A stretch of 64,000 nucleotides of DNA from Alphaproteobacteria bacterium (GCA_965228895.1 OZ245842.1:3840001-3904000); one strand, 5' to 3'; positions 37,784-47,919 are shown, numbered from the stretch's first letter. A program made the numbers and translations. The notes: a model not told the origin generated them from the letters alone.

Positions 37784-38170
37784 TCAGTACGCGGCGTAGG
37801 ACTTTTCTTCGGCGATGTCGGAACCCAGATGCTCGTTGATCTGCTTCTTCAGCGCCGCCCTCTGATCGTTCTCGACATAGACCGAGCGGGCGAGTTCGAC
37901 AAACCGGGCGTCGAAATTCTGCGAACGCTCGTGTTCGCGGATCTCGTCCTCGATCTCCCAAAGCCGTTCGTTGACCGCTTTCAAAGCGCGCTTGTTGTCA
38001 TCGATCACCGCGGACGGGTCGATGTGGCGTGATGCCGACAGTTCGAGTGTCGCTTTTTCACGCCGGATGTTCTCAAGCTTGGCGGGATCTAAGATCCGCT
38101 CTTCCTTGATCTCAAGGATCGTCAGCTTGTCCAACAGTTCCCCGGGCGAGACTTCCACGCTTATCCGCAC
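37784..38170 (-). CDS. DUF6165-like protein
   Basis: SPGELLDKLTILEIK, VNERLWEIEDEIR, FVELARSVY, EEKSY; GGAGG SD before GTG. Confidence 0.8.
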   Translation of the reverse strand: MRISVEVSPGELLDKLTILEIKEERILDPAKLENIRREKATLELSASRHIDPSAVIDDNKRALKAVNERLWEIEDEIREHERSQNFDARFVELARSVYVENDQRAALKKQINEHLGSDIAEEKSYAAY

Positions 38171-38359
38171 ATGTCCTCCATGGGCCGGCCCCAATTCAAG
38201 GGCGCATAAAGAGTGCGACGCACGCCTTAAGCTGTTGCCGGCAATGTTTCAAGGCGTCTGAAAGCTTGGAGTTCGCGGCAGGGCAAGGATGGGGTCGCGT
38301 ATCCCGGCCTCCTGTCGCTTATCTCGCGGGCCGGGGCACCGACCATGTTCGTTTTTGCA

Positions 38360-38494
38360 TCAGGCCTTACGGCCGCCAGCCTTTGTTTTCGGCTCGCCGG
38401 TCTCTTCGACCTGTCGACTGGATCCGCGCTTCTCGATCTTCTGCCAGTCTTTCATCAGTGACCAAACGACACCGCTCATCGGTCCACCAATCAT
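38360..38494 (-). CDS. Small hypothetical protein (44 aa); absent from the ORF track
   Basis: AAAGGAGA-ctgaca-ATG; MIGGPMSGVVWSLMKDWQKIEKRGSSRQVEETGEPKTKAGGRKA*. Confidence 0.55.
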   Translation of the reverse strand: MIGGPMSGVVWSLMKDWQKIEKRGSSRQVEETGEPKTKAGGRKA

Positions 38495-38568
38495 TGTCAG
38501 TCTCCTTTCTTCAATCTGTTGTTTCCCTAAACGTGGCGCCGATACGGGCCTTGCGGGAGCCGCTAATT

Positions 38569-38580
38569 ACGGATATCCGT
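38569..38580. promoter_or_regulatory. Palindrome in the divergent promoter region, candidate operator
   Basis: ACGGATATCCGT perfect 12-bp palindrome about 40 bp upstream of the LysR start. Confidence 0.3.
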
Positions 38581-38621
38581 TATGCGTTTGTGGAAGGTCA
38601 GCTGGCAGGAGCGATACACAG

Positions 38622-39539
38622 ATGAATTGGGATGATCTGAAGATCCTGGATGCGGTTGCGGCGACGCGGAGCCTCTCAGCAGCCGCCAGAAAGCTCGGAT
38701 TCAGCCAGCCCAAGCTGTCGCGGCGCCTGCGCGCGCTTGAGGATACGGTCGGCGCGCGCCTGTTCGACCGCCTGCCCACGGGCTTGGCACCAACGCCGGC
38801 GGGCGAACGGCTGATCCCGCTGGTCGCCGAGATGGCGGTCGCCGCCGAAGCGGTCGAGCGCCAGGCCCCGTCGCTGCCGGAAGCCGCCACCGGAACGGTC
38901 AGGATTTCGGCGCTCGAGACCCTGTGCGTGTTCCTGGGCGAACATATGGATGAGCTGTGCGATATCGCGCCCGGCCTATCGTTCGAACTGATTACCAACC
39001 ATGCGGACGTCAGCCTGTCGCGGCGCGAGGCCGACCTTCTGATCCGGGCCTGCCTGCCCGATGGCGCCAGTCTGGTGTCGCGCCGTATCGCCGATCTGGC
39101 CTACGCGGTCTATGGCACCCATGACTATGTCTCGCGCCACCCTTCGGCGCAGTCGGACGCGATGTTCAGCGATTGCGCCTGGGTCGGCTTTGCCGAGGAT
39201 CGTCTCTTCTTTCCCGGCGCCAAGCGCTGGCTGGATGAACGCACAGACCGTGCGCCCCTGGTGCAGGTGACCGAGATCGGGTCGGCCCATGCCGCCGTCC
39301 GGTCCGGTATCGGCCTCGGCGTCCTGCCCTGCGTCACCGGCGACGCCGACCACGATCTCGTACGGCTGAGTGAGCCCATTCCGGAACTGATGGACAAACT
39401 GCATTTGCTGATACATCGCGACGTCCTGCGCGAACCGGCGGTCCGAACCGCGACCGACGCGCTCGCCACGGTCTTCAAACGTCATCGTTCGGTGCTGATG
39501 AGCGAGCTGGCGGAGAAGGCCCGCGTTCAAGCAGCCTAA
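38622..39539 (+). CDS. LysR family regulator
   Basis: MNWDDLK...[24 protein letters not shown]; LSRREADL. Confidence 0.9.
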   Translation: MNWDDLKILDAVAATRSLSAAARKLGFSQPKLSRRLRALEDTVGARLFDRLPTGLAPTPAGERLIPLVAEMAVAAEAVERQAPSLPEAATGTVRISALETLCVFLGEHMDELCDIAPGLSFELITNHADVSLSRREADLLIRACLPDGASLVSRRIADLAYAVYGTHDYVSRHPSAQSDAMFSDCAWVGFAEDRLFFPGAKRWLDERTDRAPLVQVTEIGSAHAAVRSGIGLGVLPCVTGDADHDLVRLSEPIPELMDKLHLLIHRDVLREPAVRTATDALATVFKRHRSVLMSELAEKARVQAA

Positions 39540-40642
39540 CAGGTGAGAACACCCCGCTCGACCTGATCGCGCTCGATGGATTCGAAGAGCGCGCGGAAAT
39601 TGCCTTCGCCGAACCCTTCATCGCCCTTGCGCTGAATGATCTCGAAGAAGATCGGGCCGATGACAGTCTTGGTGAAGATTTGCAACAAGACACCGCCGCC
39701 CGGCGAACCGTCGACAAGAATGCCGTGGCGCGCCAGGGCCTCGATATCTTCCGCGTGGCCCGGCAGACGCTCATCGGTCATGGCGTAATAGGTCTCCGGC
39801 GGCGGCGCCATGAAGTCGGTGCCGGCCGCTTCAAGCGCCTTCACCGTCGCGACGATATCGTCGGTGGCAAGAGCGATGTGCTGAATGCCCTCGCCGTGAT
39901 AGGCCTTGAGATATTCCTCGATCTGGCTCTTGTCGTCAGCGCTTTCGTTGATCGGGATGCGGATCTTGCCGCACGGGCTCGTCATCGCCTTGGATTTCAG
40001 CCCCGTCAGCTTGCCTTCGATGTCGAAGTAGCGGAGTTCGCGGAAGTTGAAGAGCCGCTCATAGAAGCCCGCCCAGTCGTCCATGCGGCCGCGGTGTACG
40101 TTATGGGTCAGGTGATCGACGCCGGCGAGACCGACACCTTTTGGCGCCCATACCGGATCGAGCGAGGCGCCGTCGATCGGCACGAAGTCGATGTCATAGA
40201 TCGACCCCTTCAAGCCATAGCGGTCGACCAGATAAATCAGGCTGCCGCCGATGCCCTCGATCGCCGGAATGTTGAGCTCCATCGGCCCGATGCGCGAGTC
40301 GACACCGCGCGCGCCCAACTCGATGGCGCGCGCGTAAGCCTTACCCGCATCGGCGACCCGAAGCGCCATGGCACAGGCGCTGGGACCATGAACTCTGGCG
40401 AACGACTGCGCGAAGCTGTCGGGCTCCGCGTTAACGATGAAATTGATGTCGCCCTGGCGCCACAACGTTACGTCCTTCGACCGATGGCGCGCGATGGCGC
40501 GAAAACCCAGTTGTTCGAAGAGCCTGGCAAGCTCGCGCGTATCCGGTGCGGTGTATTCGACAAACTCGAAACCGTTCGTTCCCATCGGGTTTTCGGCCGA
40601 GATACGGCCTGCCAATGCGTCAAAGCCCAGGGATGTGCTCAT
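39536..40642 (-). CDS. hppD: 4-hydroxyphenylpyruvate dioxygenase
   Basis: [54 protein letters not shown]. Confidence 0.95.
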   Translation of the reverse strand: MSTSLGFDALAGRISAENPMGTNGFEFVEYTAPDTRELARLFEQLGFRAIARHRSKDVTLWRQGDINFIVNAEPDSFAQSFARVHGPSACAMALRVADAGKAYARAIELGARGVDSRIGPMELNIPAIEGIGGSLIYLVDRYGLKGSIYDIDFVPIDGASLDPVWAPKGVGLAGVDHLTHNVHRGRMDDWAGFYERLFNFRELRYFDIEGKLTGLKSKAMTSPCGKIRIPINESADDKSQIEEYLKAYHGEGIQHIALATDDIVATVKALEAAGTDFMAPPPETYYAMTDERLPGHAEDIEALARHGILVDGSPGGGVLLQIFTKTVIGPIFFEIIQRKGDEGFGEGNFRALFESIERDQVERGVLTC

Positions 40643-41478
40643 GACAACCTCCGCAGCTTGCGGGCTTCTTCGAGACCGTTCCAGAACACCTGCACACCGT
40701 CCAACATCTGGCGCCCGGCGGTGATGAAGCTCTCCTCGTCGAAGTCCAGGGGGCCGAAATAGAGATCCTTCAACTCAGCCATCGTGTGCGCGGCGTGCTG
40801 GTCCTCGATCTTGTCGTGCCAGCGGAAGAAGCCGAGGTTGAGATCGAGGCCGGACCGTACCTTGAAACTTTCAAGACCGGCGATCAGCTGTTTCCAGAAA
40901 CCGGCGGCCGCCCAGTTCTCGACAGCAAAGCCGGCACCGGCGGAGACCGAAAAGTCGTCGCTGCCGTAGAGCCGGATCAACTCGTCGCAGAACGCCAGCG
41001 TCGCGGGCGTGCCGACCGACCGGCGGCCGAGATCGCCAAACCTCAAACCCAGCGGCGCGGCAAAGTGCAGCAGCCATTCGTAGTGGGCGGCGCGGAAACG
41101 GAAGGTGCCGCCATCGACCGTGCCTTCGATGCCGACGATGTCGGGGTCGACATCCTTGTCGGATGCCCCCTGCTTGTCTGTCTGCCGGGCGCGAAAGACG
41201 ACACCCAACTCATTGGCCAGGATCTCCTTGGCGGCCCGCATCTCTTCCACATTGGCCGCGTTGATGACGCGCTGGGTCTGGGCGATCAGAAATTGGTTCG
41301 AGAAGACAGAGAACTGCCGCGTGAAATCGACGACGTCATCGTGGCTCAGCTCGGCACGGGCGAACCACGCGCAATAGCGGTTGTCGGTGATCGCGGGATG
41401 GCTGAACAGTTCCGCCGCAAGGCGGTCCTGAAAAAGATCAAACGACGACACCGCGTTGCCTAAAGCTGCTTGGCTCAT
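40639..41478 (-). CDS. Heme-oxygenase-like di-iron protein (TenA/PqqC/CADD-like fold)
   Basis: Predicted helical; candidate ligands [25 protein letters not shown]; ATGA overlap with hppD. Confidence 0.65.
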   Translation of the reverse strand: MSQAALGNAVSSFDLFQDRLAAELFSHPAITDNRYCAWFARAELSHDDVVDFTRQFSVFSNQFLIAQTQRVINAANVEEMRAAKEILANELGVVFRARQTDKQGASDKDVDPDIVGIEGTVDGGTFRFRAAHYEWLLHFAAPLGLRFGDLGRRSVGTPATLAFCDELIRLYGSDDFSVSAGAGFAVENWAAAGFWKQLIAGLESFKVRSGLDLNLGFFRWHDKIEDQHAAHTMAELKDLYFGPLDFDEESFITAGRQMLDGVQVFWNGLEEARKLRRLS

Positions 41479-41592
41479 GCTCCCTACACTCCCTTCGGCG
41501 CGGCGCGCGCCGACCAGTTGCCCCTGTGCCTTCCAATATGGGCGCATGACCACGCGAAGTCCTTGCGATGTCTTGGACCTAAGCTCTTAGGT

Positions 41593-41609
41593 ATGCAAAT
41601 ATCGTGCAT
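41593..41609. promoter_or_regulatory. Candidate operator in the divergent lrp/HDO-hppD promoter region
   Basis: ATGCA-N7-TGCAT inverted repeat in an AT-rich spacer. Confidence 0.3.
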
Positions 41610-41634
41610 GGAGTAATCATATCGAGACGATTTC

Positions 41635-42111
41635 ATGCACCCTGTTGACCTCGACCCCTTCGACGTCGCCATCTTGAACGCGCTCCAGGCCAACGCGCGG
41701 ATGTCGAGCGTGGCCATGGCGGATCAGGTCCACCTGTCGTCATCCCAGATCACCCGGCGCCTGAAGCGGCTGGAAGAAACCGGTGTCATCCGCCGTTATG
41801 CCGCATTGCTGGAACCGGCGGCGCTGGGGCTTGGTCTTATGGCCTTCACCAGTGTTTCCCTGGACGTTCAGACCAAGGACACCGCCCATGACTTTCATCA
41901 GGCGATGCTGAAACTGCCGGCGGTGCTGGAGTGTTACTCAACGACCGGCGACGCCGACTTCTTGATCAAGATCGTCAGCCGTGATCTCGCGAGCTTCTCC
42001 GATCTTCTGATGAACGACATCATGCCGCTGCCCCATGTGCGCAACGTGCGTTCCAGCATCGTGCTAAGCGAGTTGAAGAACACGACGACGCTGGAACTGA
42101 ATGACGTCTAG
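41635..42111 (+). CDS. Lrp/AsnC family regulator
   Basis: LDPFDVAILNALQANAR...LEETGVIRRY, ECYSTTGDADFLIK. Confidence 0.92.
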   Translation: MHPVDLDPFDVAILNALQANARMSSVAMADQVHLSSSQITRRLKRLEETGVIRRYAALLEPAALGLGLMAFTSVSLDVQTKDTAHDFHQAMLKLPAVLECYSTTGDADFLIKIVSRDLASFSDLLMNDIMPLPHVRNVRSSIVLSELKNTTTLELNDV

Positions 42112-42226
42112 AGCGTCGCCTGTCTGTTTGGCATTACCTGCCCACTCCCCCGCCCGGCCAACCATGGCAGCATCCTCGGGGTGGCCGGGCGGGGGAGTGG
42201 GCAGGCCACGGACCGCGCGAGCGAGC
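42108..42226. repeat. Second REP-like family, copy A
   Basis: Perfect 24-bp stem 42137-42160/42182-42205 with a 21-nt loop; homologous to 60945-61058. Confidence 0.85.
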
Positions 42227-42243
42227 AACAGCTTAGCGCGCAC

Positions 42244-42278
42244 AAAGAAGACGGGCCGGACGTTGCCGCCCGGCCCGT
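42244..42278 (-). terminator. Probable terminator of the substrate-binding protein gene
   Basis: ACGGGCCGG...CCGGCCCGT stem followed on the minus strand by CTTCTTTG. Confidence 0.6.
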
Positions 42279-42300
42279 GATCGCTCTTGTTTATGTGCCG

Positions 42301-43239
42301 TCAGGAACCGCCGGCCATCGCTTCGTCGACAAAGGGCTGCCAATAATCCTGGTTGGCATCGACCCATTCGCTGACGACGACCTCAAGGTCCTCGCCGTCG
42401 TTGTCGATACGGCCCATCAGCTCTTCCTGAATCTGGTTGTTCAGGTGATAGGTGTTGATGAAACGCCACGCTGTCGGCCACTGCTCTTCCATGCCGGGCC
42501 ATGCCGACTTGAAGACGCGCGGCTTCTGCAGGCTGTACTCGTTGACCACGTCCTCGGGCATCTCGACCCAGCCGTAGTCCTGGGTGAACAGCACCCAATG
42601 GGGCGACCAGAACATCATGACCAGCGGTGACTGGCGCTCCACCGCGCTGTTCAACTCGGCAACCAGCGCGCCTTCGCTGCCGGCGGGAATGGCGACGAAC
42701 GGAATGCCGGTACCCTCGATAATCTGTTCGGAACGGTTGCTCCAGTCAGCGGGATAGGAGACCAGACGCCCATCCGGCAGCGTCTCCGGCGTCGCGAACA
42801 GATCGGAGCAGCCGAGGAACGCATCCCAATCGGGCAGGCCCGGGCACAGTTCCTCGACATGGATCGGGTAGAGCCAGCCCTCACGCGCGTCGAGGCCGAC
42901 ATCACCGACATCGGCGACACTGCCGTCTTCCAGTTTGCTGGGGAAGTACTCGCCCAAATTGTTGTCCCACAGCTCCAGACCCAGATGGATCTGGCCGTCG
43001 GCGATGGCATTGGCCATCGGCAGCACGGCCGCCGTTACGTACTCCACGTTATAGCCCATGCGCTCCAGGATCTGCCCGGCGATGTGCGACGTGATGTGCT
43101 GACCGGTCCACTCGTTGATCCCGATGACGATCGGCTCATCGGATTCCGGTACGTTTTGTGCCTGTGCGCCGGTCGCAAGACCGATGGCAAGCGCGACGCC
43201 AGCCACGGCGCCCAAAAGCTTTCTGCCCAACAAACCCAT
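42301..43239 (-). CDS. Glycine betaine/TMAO-type ABC substrate-binding protein (OpuAC family)
   Basis: Signal peptide; ESDEPIVIGINEWTGQ, CPGLPDW, FWSPHW. Confidence 0.85.
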   Translation of the reverse strand: MGLLGRKLLGAVAGVALAIGLATGAQAQNVPESDEPIVIGINEWTGQHITSHIAGQILERMGYNVEYVTAAVLPMANAIADGQIHLGLELWDNNLGEYFPSKLEDGSVADVGDVGLDAREGWLYPIHVEELCPGLPDWDAFLGCSDLFATPETLPDGRLVSYPADWSNRSEQIIEGTGIPFVAIPAGSEGALVAELNSAVERQSPLVMMFWSPHWVLFTQDYGWVEMPEDVVNEYSLQKPRVFKSAWPGMEEQWPTAWRFINTYHLNNQIQEELMGRIDNDGEDLEVVVSEWVDANQDYWQPFVDEAMAGGS

Positions 43240-43373
43240 AACGTTTCCTCCCACTTCTTGCTTGTGACCTCTAAGTGCGTTCGCCCGCCTGCAACGTGCA
43301 TCGCGGACGCGACATGAAGTCATTCTAATCATGTGAAACGGGATTCAGAAACCCCGGCGCAGGCCAATCAGAC

Positions 43374-44324
43374 TTATCGCAGTGTCCTGAACCCATCGGC
43401 GACCTCAACCAGGGCCCGCGCAATGCCGGGCTCGCTGACCGCATGTCCGGCATCGGCGACGACGAGATAGCGGGCCTCCGGCCAGGCCCGCGCCAGCGCA
43501 TCCGCGCCGGAGGGTGGACAAACGACATCGTAGCGACCCTGGACGATCGCGCCGGGAATGGCGCGAAGAGGTTCGATTTGGCGCAGCAGCTGGTTCGGCT
43601 TCAGCCAAGCCTTGTTCGCGAAATAGTGACACTCCAGGCGCGCCAGGCTGAGCGCCTTTGTGTCGTCAGCGAAGTCGTCGACCAGCCCGGGATTGGGCAG
43701 CAGTGTCACGCAGGATCCCTCGTAGCGGGCCCAGGCCCGCGCCGCCGGCAGGTGAACCGCGGGATCCCGATCAAGCAGACGGCGGTGGTAGGCAGAAAGG
43801 AGATCACCGTGCTCGTCGTCAGGAATGGCCGCGAGAAAATCGCGCTCGGCTTCGGGGAAGAACCGGCCCATGCCATGCAAGAACCAATCGATGTCGCTAT
43901 CGCGGCACAGAAAGATGCCGCGCAGCATTAGGCTGATGCAGCGTTCGGGATGAGTCCCGGCGTAGGCCAGCGACAGCGTGCTGCCCCACGATCCGCCCGC
44001 GACATGCCAACGTTCGATGCCAAGCTGTTCGCGCAGACGCTCCATATCCGCGACCAGATGCCAAGTCGTGTTATCCGTCACATCAGCGTGGGGCGTTGAA
44101 CGGCCAACGCCGCGCTGGTGGAACAGCACGATGCGGTAGTGATCGGGGTCGAACAGGCGTCGGGCCTCAGGCGATGTCGGCGCGCCCGGCCCGCCATGAA
44201 CGTAAACGACCGGCACGCCATCGGGATTGCCTGCCTGATCCCACGCCATGGTGTGGCGATCATCCAACGGCAGCATGCCGGAGTCATAGGCCTCAATGGC
44301 CGGATAAGGCGTTTTCTGAGTCAT
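43374..44324 (-). CDS. pip: Proline iminopeptidase
   Basis: HGGPG, QRGVGRSTPHA, NTTWHLVADME, GGSWGSTL, VQGRYDVVCP, AGH. Confidence 0.93.
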   Translation of the reverse strand: MTQKTPYPAIEAYDSGMLPLDDRHTMAWDQAGNPDGVPVVYVHGGPGAPTSPEARRLFDPDHYRIVLFHQRGVGRSTPHADVTDNTTWHLVADMERLREQLGIERWHVAGGSWGSTLSLAYAGTHPERCISLMLRGIFLCRDSDIDWFLHGMGRFFPEAERDFLAAIPDDEHGDLLSAYHRRLLDRDPAVHLPAARAWARYEGSCVTLLPNPGLVDDFADDTKALSLARLECHYFANKAWLKPNQLLRQIEPLRAIPGAIVQGRYDVVCPPSGADALARAWPEARYLVVADAGHAVSEPGIARALVEVADGFRTLR

Positions 44325-44408
44325 CGGCGGCACCTCTACCACTAATTTGCGCCGATCCACGGCGAGACGGTAAAATGCCGCCAACAATCGGGGCACACCT
44401 TATAGCCA

Positions 44409-45350
44409 ATGATGCCGATCAGGTCCTATCTGGCTGACCGACGCCTGCAGCGGGCGCTTATCGCCGCCACTGGCGCGCTTGTCATCGTCGCCATCGTCAT
44501 CGTGCTCGCGACGACGTCACGCTGGCGCCATGTCACTGTGACGAGTACCCACCGGTTGCTGGCCCTCTATGAGTCCATGGACTACAGCCTGCAGCCGATC
44601 CGCCAAGACGGCAGCCCGGTGCCGCGCATCGATGTGCTCGCCATGCCCGACGACTGGGATACCCTGGCGTCGACAGACGACAAGAAACGCGGCTTCTTCA
44701 AGACGGTGCTGCCATTGGTCCTGCTGGCGAACCGCGGCATCGTCGAGGAACGCACGCGGATAGAAGCGCTCGAATCCGCCTATGCCGACAGCGGAACACT
44801 CAGTGGCAGCGACCTCGATTGGTTGCATGATCTCGCGAAACGCTACCGCTTGGATGTGGATGAGGACGATGAAACGGACACTCTGTTAAAGCGCCTGTTG
44901 ACGCGCGTTGATATCGTGCCGCCCTCCATGGCCTTGGCCCAGGCAGCGATCGAGAGCGGCTGGGGCGGCTCGCGGTTTGCCCTTGAGGGCAACGCGCTGT
45001 TCGGTCAATGGACGTGGGATGGCGAAGGTATGCGGCCGATGCAGGCAGATGCGGACGCGACCTACCGTGTGGCCAGCTTCAAGAACCTCCTGGAGTCGGT
45101 CGAAGCCTACATGCTGAACCTGAACAGTCAGGGCGCCTATGGCGACTTCCGGCGCATCCGCGCCGCCCAACGCGCCCAGGGCGACATTCCGGACGGCCTG
45201 ACACTCGCCACCACGTTGGTGCATTATTCGCAGGAAGGCGCCGTTTACCCCGCCAAGGTCGATAGCATCATTCGCGGCAACCAGCTCGCCCAACTCGATA
45301 ATGCGATTCTCGACAGCGGCGGCACGGGGCTGATCATCCAAACTCGCTAA
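44409..45350 (+). CDS. Bax-like glucosaminidase (GH73) domain protein with N-terminal membrane anchor
   Basis: KKRGFFKTVLPLV, RVDIVPPSMALAQAAIESGWG, GNALFGQW, YMLNLN. Confidence 0.85.
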   Translation: MMPIRSYLADRRLQRALIAATGALVIVAIVIVLATTSRWRHVTVTSTHRLLALYESMDYSLQPIRQDGSPVPRIDVLAMPDDWDTLASTDDKKRGFFKTVLPLVLLANRGIVEERTRIEALESAYADSGTLSGSDLDWLHDLAKRYRLDVDEDDETDTLLKRLLTRVDIVPPSMALAQAAIESGWGGSRFALEGNALFGQWTWDGEGMRPMQADADATYRVASFKNLLESVEAYMLNLNSQGAYGDFRRIRAAQRAQGDIPDGLTLATTLVHYSQEGAVYPAKVDSIIRGNQLAQLDNAILDSGGTGLIIQTR

Positions 45351-45367
45351 GGCAGGGCGCGCAACCG

Positions 45368-46294
45368 ATGTCAGACGTAGCAAACCGACACAAGCGTTGG
45401 ACCAAGGTAGCGATCGTTGTCGCCGCCCTTATCGTCGTCCTGGCCGTTGTCGTCATTTATGAAGAAGAAACGTCGCGGTGGGAATCGGTCGAGGTCGATG
45501 GCACCGACGGCCTTCTCGCACTTTATGAGTCCAACGACTACATCCTCGCGGTGCTCGGCCGCGGCGACCCGGACGCGCCACGGATCAATGTCGTCGAGAT
45601 TCCAGCCGATTGGGCGGATGTCTCGGACGTCGACAAGAAAAAGGACGGTTTCATCCGCACCGTCTTGCCGCTTGTTCTGCTGACCAACCGCAACATCATG
45701 GATGATCGCAAGCGACTTATGGAACTGGACAAGACACTGTCCGGTGGCGGCTCGATCAGCGACGACGATCAGTCATGGCTGCAAGACCTTGCGACACAAT
45801 ACCGCGTTGATACGGAAGGGCAGGACGATGCCGCCTTGGTCAAGGCATTGTTGCCGCGCGTCGATATCGTGCCACCGTCCCTTGCCCTGGCGCAGGCAGC
45901 CGTTGAGAGCGGATGGGGCCAGTCGCGGTTCGCCCTCAATGGCAATGCGCTGTTTGGTCAGTGGACTTGGGGCGATGACGGCATCCAGGCTGAAGATTCT
46001 TCAAGCCGCGTCGCCAGCTTCGAACAGCTCATCGATTCGGTCGAGGCCTATATGCTGAACCTGAACAGCGAGGGCGCCTACGAATCGCTGCGCAACAAAC
46101 GCGCCGATCAACGGGCCCAAGGCGACCAGCCCGACGGTCTGACCCTCGCCGCGACCCTCGTGCACTATTCTGAGGAAGGCTCGGCCTATGCGGAGAAGAT
46201 CGAAGGCATGATCCGCGACGACAAACTGGCGCCGTTGGATACGGTCGTTCTCGACGATGACGAAATCGGGCTTCTGGTTCAAACGCGGGACTGA
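45368..46294 (+). CDS. Bax-like glucosaminidase domain protein, tandem paralog
   Basis: RVDIVPPSLALAQAAVESGWG, GNALFGQWTW, EAYMLNLNS. Confidence 0.85.
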   Translation: MSDVANRHKRWTKVAIVVAALIVVLAVVVIYEEETSRWESVEVDGTDGLLALYESNDYILAVLGRGDPDAPRINVVEIPADWADVSDVDKKKDGFIRTVLPLVLLTNRNIMDDRKRLMELDKTLSGGGSISDDDQSWLQDLATQYRVDTEGQDDAALVKALLPRVDIVPPSLALAQAAVESGWGQSRFALNGNALFGQWTWGDDGIQAEDSSSRVASFEQLIDSVEAYMLNLNSEGAYESLRNKRADQRAQGDQPDGLTLAATLVHYSEEGSAYAEKIEGMIRDDKLAPLDTVVLDDDEIGLLVQTRD

Positions 46295-46305
46295 CGTACG
46301 CCGCG

Positions 46306-47778
46306 TCACGCGCCGGGCGGCAGGGACTTCGCCGTCGTCTGGATGACGTCCCACGCCCGCATCACATGGTCGCGGGTCGTTGCGCGCGCACCGACAGAAA
46401 AACGGATGGCGTAGCGGCCACGCACCATGTTTTGGGTCACGTAGAGCGCGCCCGAATCATTCAGTTTTTGCAACAGACGTTCGTTCAGCGCGTCGAGGCG
46501 TACCTCTGCATCTTCGTCTGATTGATCGGCGAACAGGCGCGGTTTGTAGCGGAAGGAAAAGAGCGCCAGCGACCGGGCCGACGTAATCTCGAAATCCGGG
46601 TGCGCCGCGACCGCCTCGGCAAGCTCTTCGGTCCAGGCGATATGGTCGGCGATCATCGCCTTCAAACCCTCGGCACCGTAATAGCGCAACACGAACCACA
46701 GCTTGAGCGCGCGGAAGCGACGGCCCAGCGGCACACCCCAGTCGCGATAGTCAATGACGTCGCCGGTTTCCGCCGACGTCAGATAGGCCGGGTTGATCGC
46801 GAACGTACGCTGCAAGGCCGCGGGGTCGCGGACCCAATGGGCCGTGCAGTCGAAGTTGGTCAGCAGCCATTTATGCGGGTTCATGGCGATGCTGTCGACG
46901 GCGTCAACGCCCTCAATCATCCAGCGTTGATCTGGCAGCACCAGCGCTGAGCCCGCCCAGGCCGCATCGACATGAAGGAACAGGTTCTCGCGGCGGCAGA
47001 TCTGACCTATCGCCAACAGCGGATCGATACCGCCCGTGCCGGTCGTGCCCAAGGTGGCGACGACACACGCGGGCGTTATGCCCGCGGCGCGGTCGGCTGC
47101 GATCGCGTCGGCCAGCGCTTCCGGGCGCATCGCGAACCGATCGTCCGTCGTGATCTTTCGCACCGCTGCGCTGCCGTAGCCGGCGATCTTGGCGCCCTTC
47201 TCGATCGACGAGTGAGCTTCTTCGGAGACATAGACGGAGAGGCGCACGCCGTCGGCGCCAAGCGCTGTCAGGCCGACCTCGTTGGCCAGCCCATCGGTCA
47301 CGCGTTCGCGCGCCATCAACAGGGCGACGAGCGTAGCGTCGGACGCGGTCGACTGAATGACGCCCGCTAGCCCATCGGGCAGGCCCAGCAACTGGCGCAA
47401 CCAGTCGAGGACCCGTGTCTCCATTTCGGTCGCCGCGGGCGATGTTTGCCACAGCATGCATTGGGCGGCGAGGGTCGCTGTCAGCATCTCGGCCAAGATC
47501 GAGGGTGGACTGGCGTTCGCCGGAAAGTACGCAAAGAAGCTGGGATGCTGCCAATGGGTCACTCCAGGCAGAACAATACTCTTGAAGTCTTGCAGGATCG
47601 CGGCCATCGGCTCGCCAGTTTGCGGAGGCGCAGGAGGCAACTGGTCGGCAATTGCGCCAGGCGAAACCTGGGCGCGAACCGCATGGTCGCCGACTCCCGC
47701 CAGGTAGTCCGCCATCCAGTCGACCAAGGCGTGCGCCTCGCGCCGGAAGTCTTCGGTCTTCATGTCTTCGAACGACAT
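46306..47778 (-). CDS. PLP-dependent aromatic-L-amino-acid decarboxylase family protein
   Basis: PGVTHWQHPSFFAYFP, SPAATEME, HVDAAWAG, NPHKWL, LGRRFRALKLWFV. Confidence 0.9.
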   Translation of the reverse strand: MSFEDMKTEDFRREAHALVDWMADYLAGVGDHAVRAQVSPGAIADQLPPAPPQTGEPMAAILQDFKSIVLPGVTHWQHPSFFAYFPANASPPSILAEMLTATLAAQCMLWQTSPAATEMETRVLDWLRQLLGLPDGLAGVIQSTASDATLVALLMARERVTDGLANEVGLTALGADGVRLSVYVSEEAHSSIEKGAKIAGYGSAAVRKITTDDRFAMRPEALADAIAADRAAGITPACVVATLGTTGTGGIDPLLAIGQICRRENLFLHVDAAWAGSALVLPDQRWMIEGVDAVDSIAMNPHKWLLTNFDCTAHWVRDPAALQRTFAINPAYLTSAETGDVIDYRDWGVPLGRRFRALKLWFVLRYYGAEGLKAMIADHIAWTEELAEAVAAHPDFEITSARSLALFSFRYKPRLFADQSDEDAEVRLDALNERLLQKLNDSGALYVTQNMVRGRYAIRFSVGARATTRDHVMRAWDVIQTTAKSLPPGA

Positions 47779-47919
47779 GCCAAATCCCCTTGTTCATGAG
47801 GCCGCTTGGATCGTCGGACAGGCTTTGTCCCGGTCAGCGCAACACACTTCATGGTCGCACGTCGCGCGTCACGCCTCTACACTGCCCTACCTGCCTTGTG
47901 TTTCGGGAGTTCCCGATCC

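Noticed and set aside
38289-38621. Long N-terminal extensions in the ORF track (LysR here; likewise betA, soeA, soeB, cupin, SDR)
   Set aside because: Downstream starts match family N-termini, SD sites or stop-start overlaps; the extensions cross other genes or repeats
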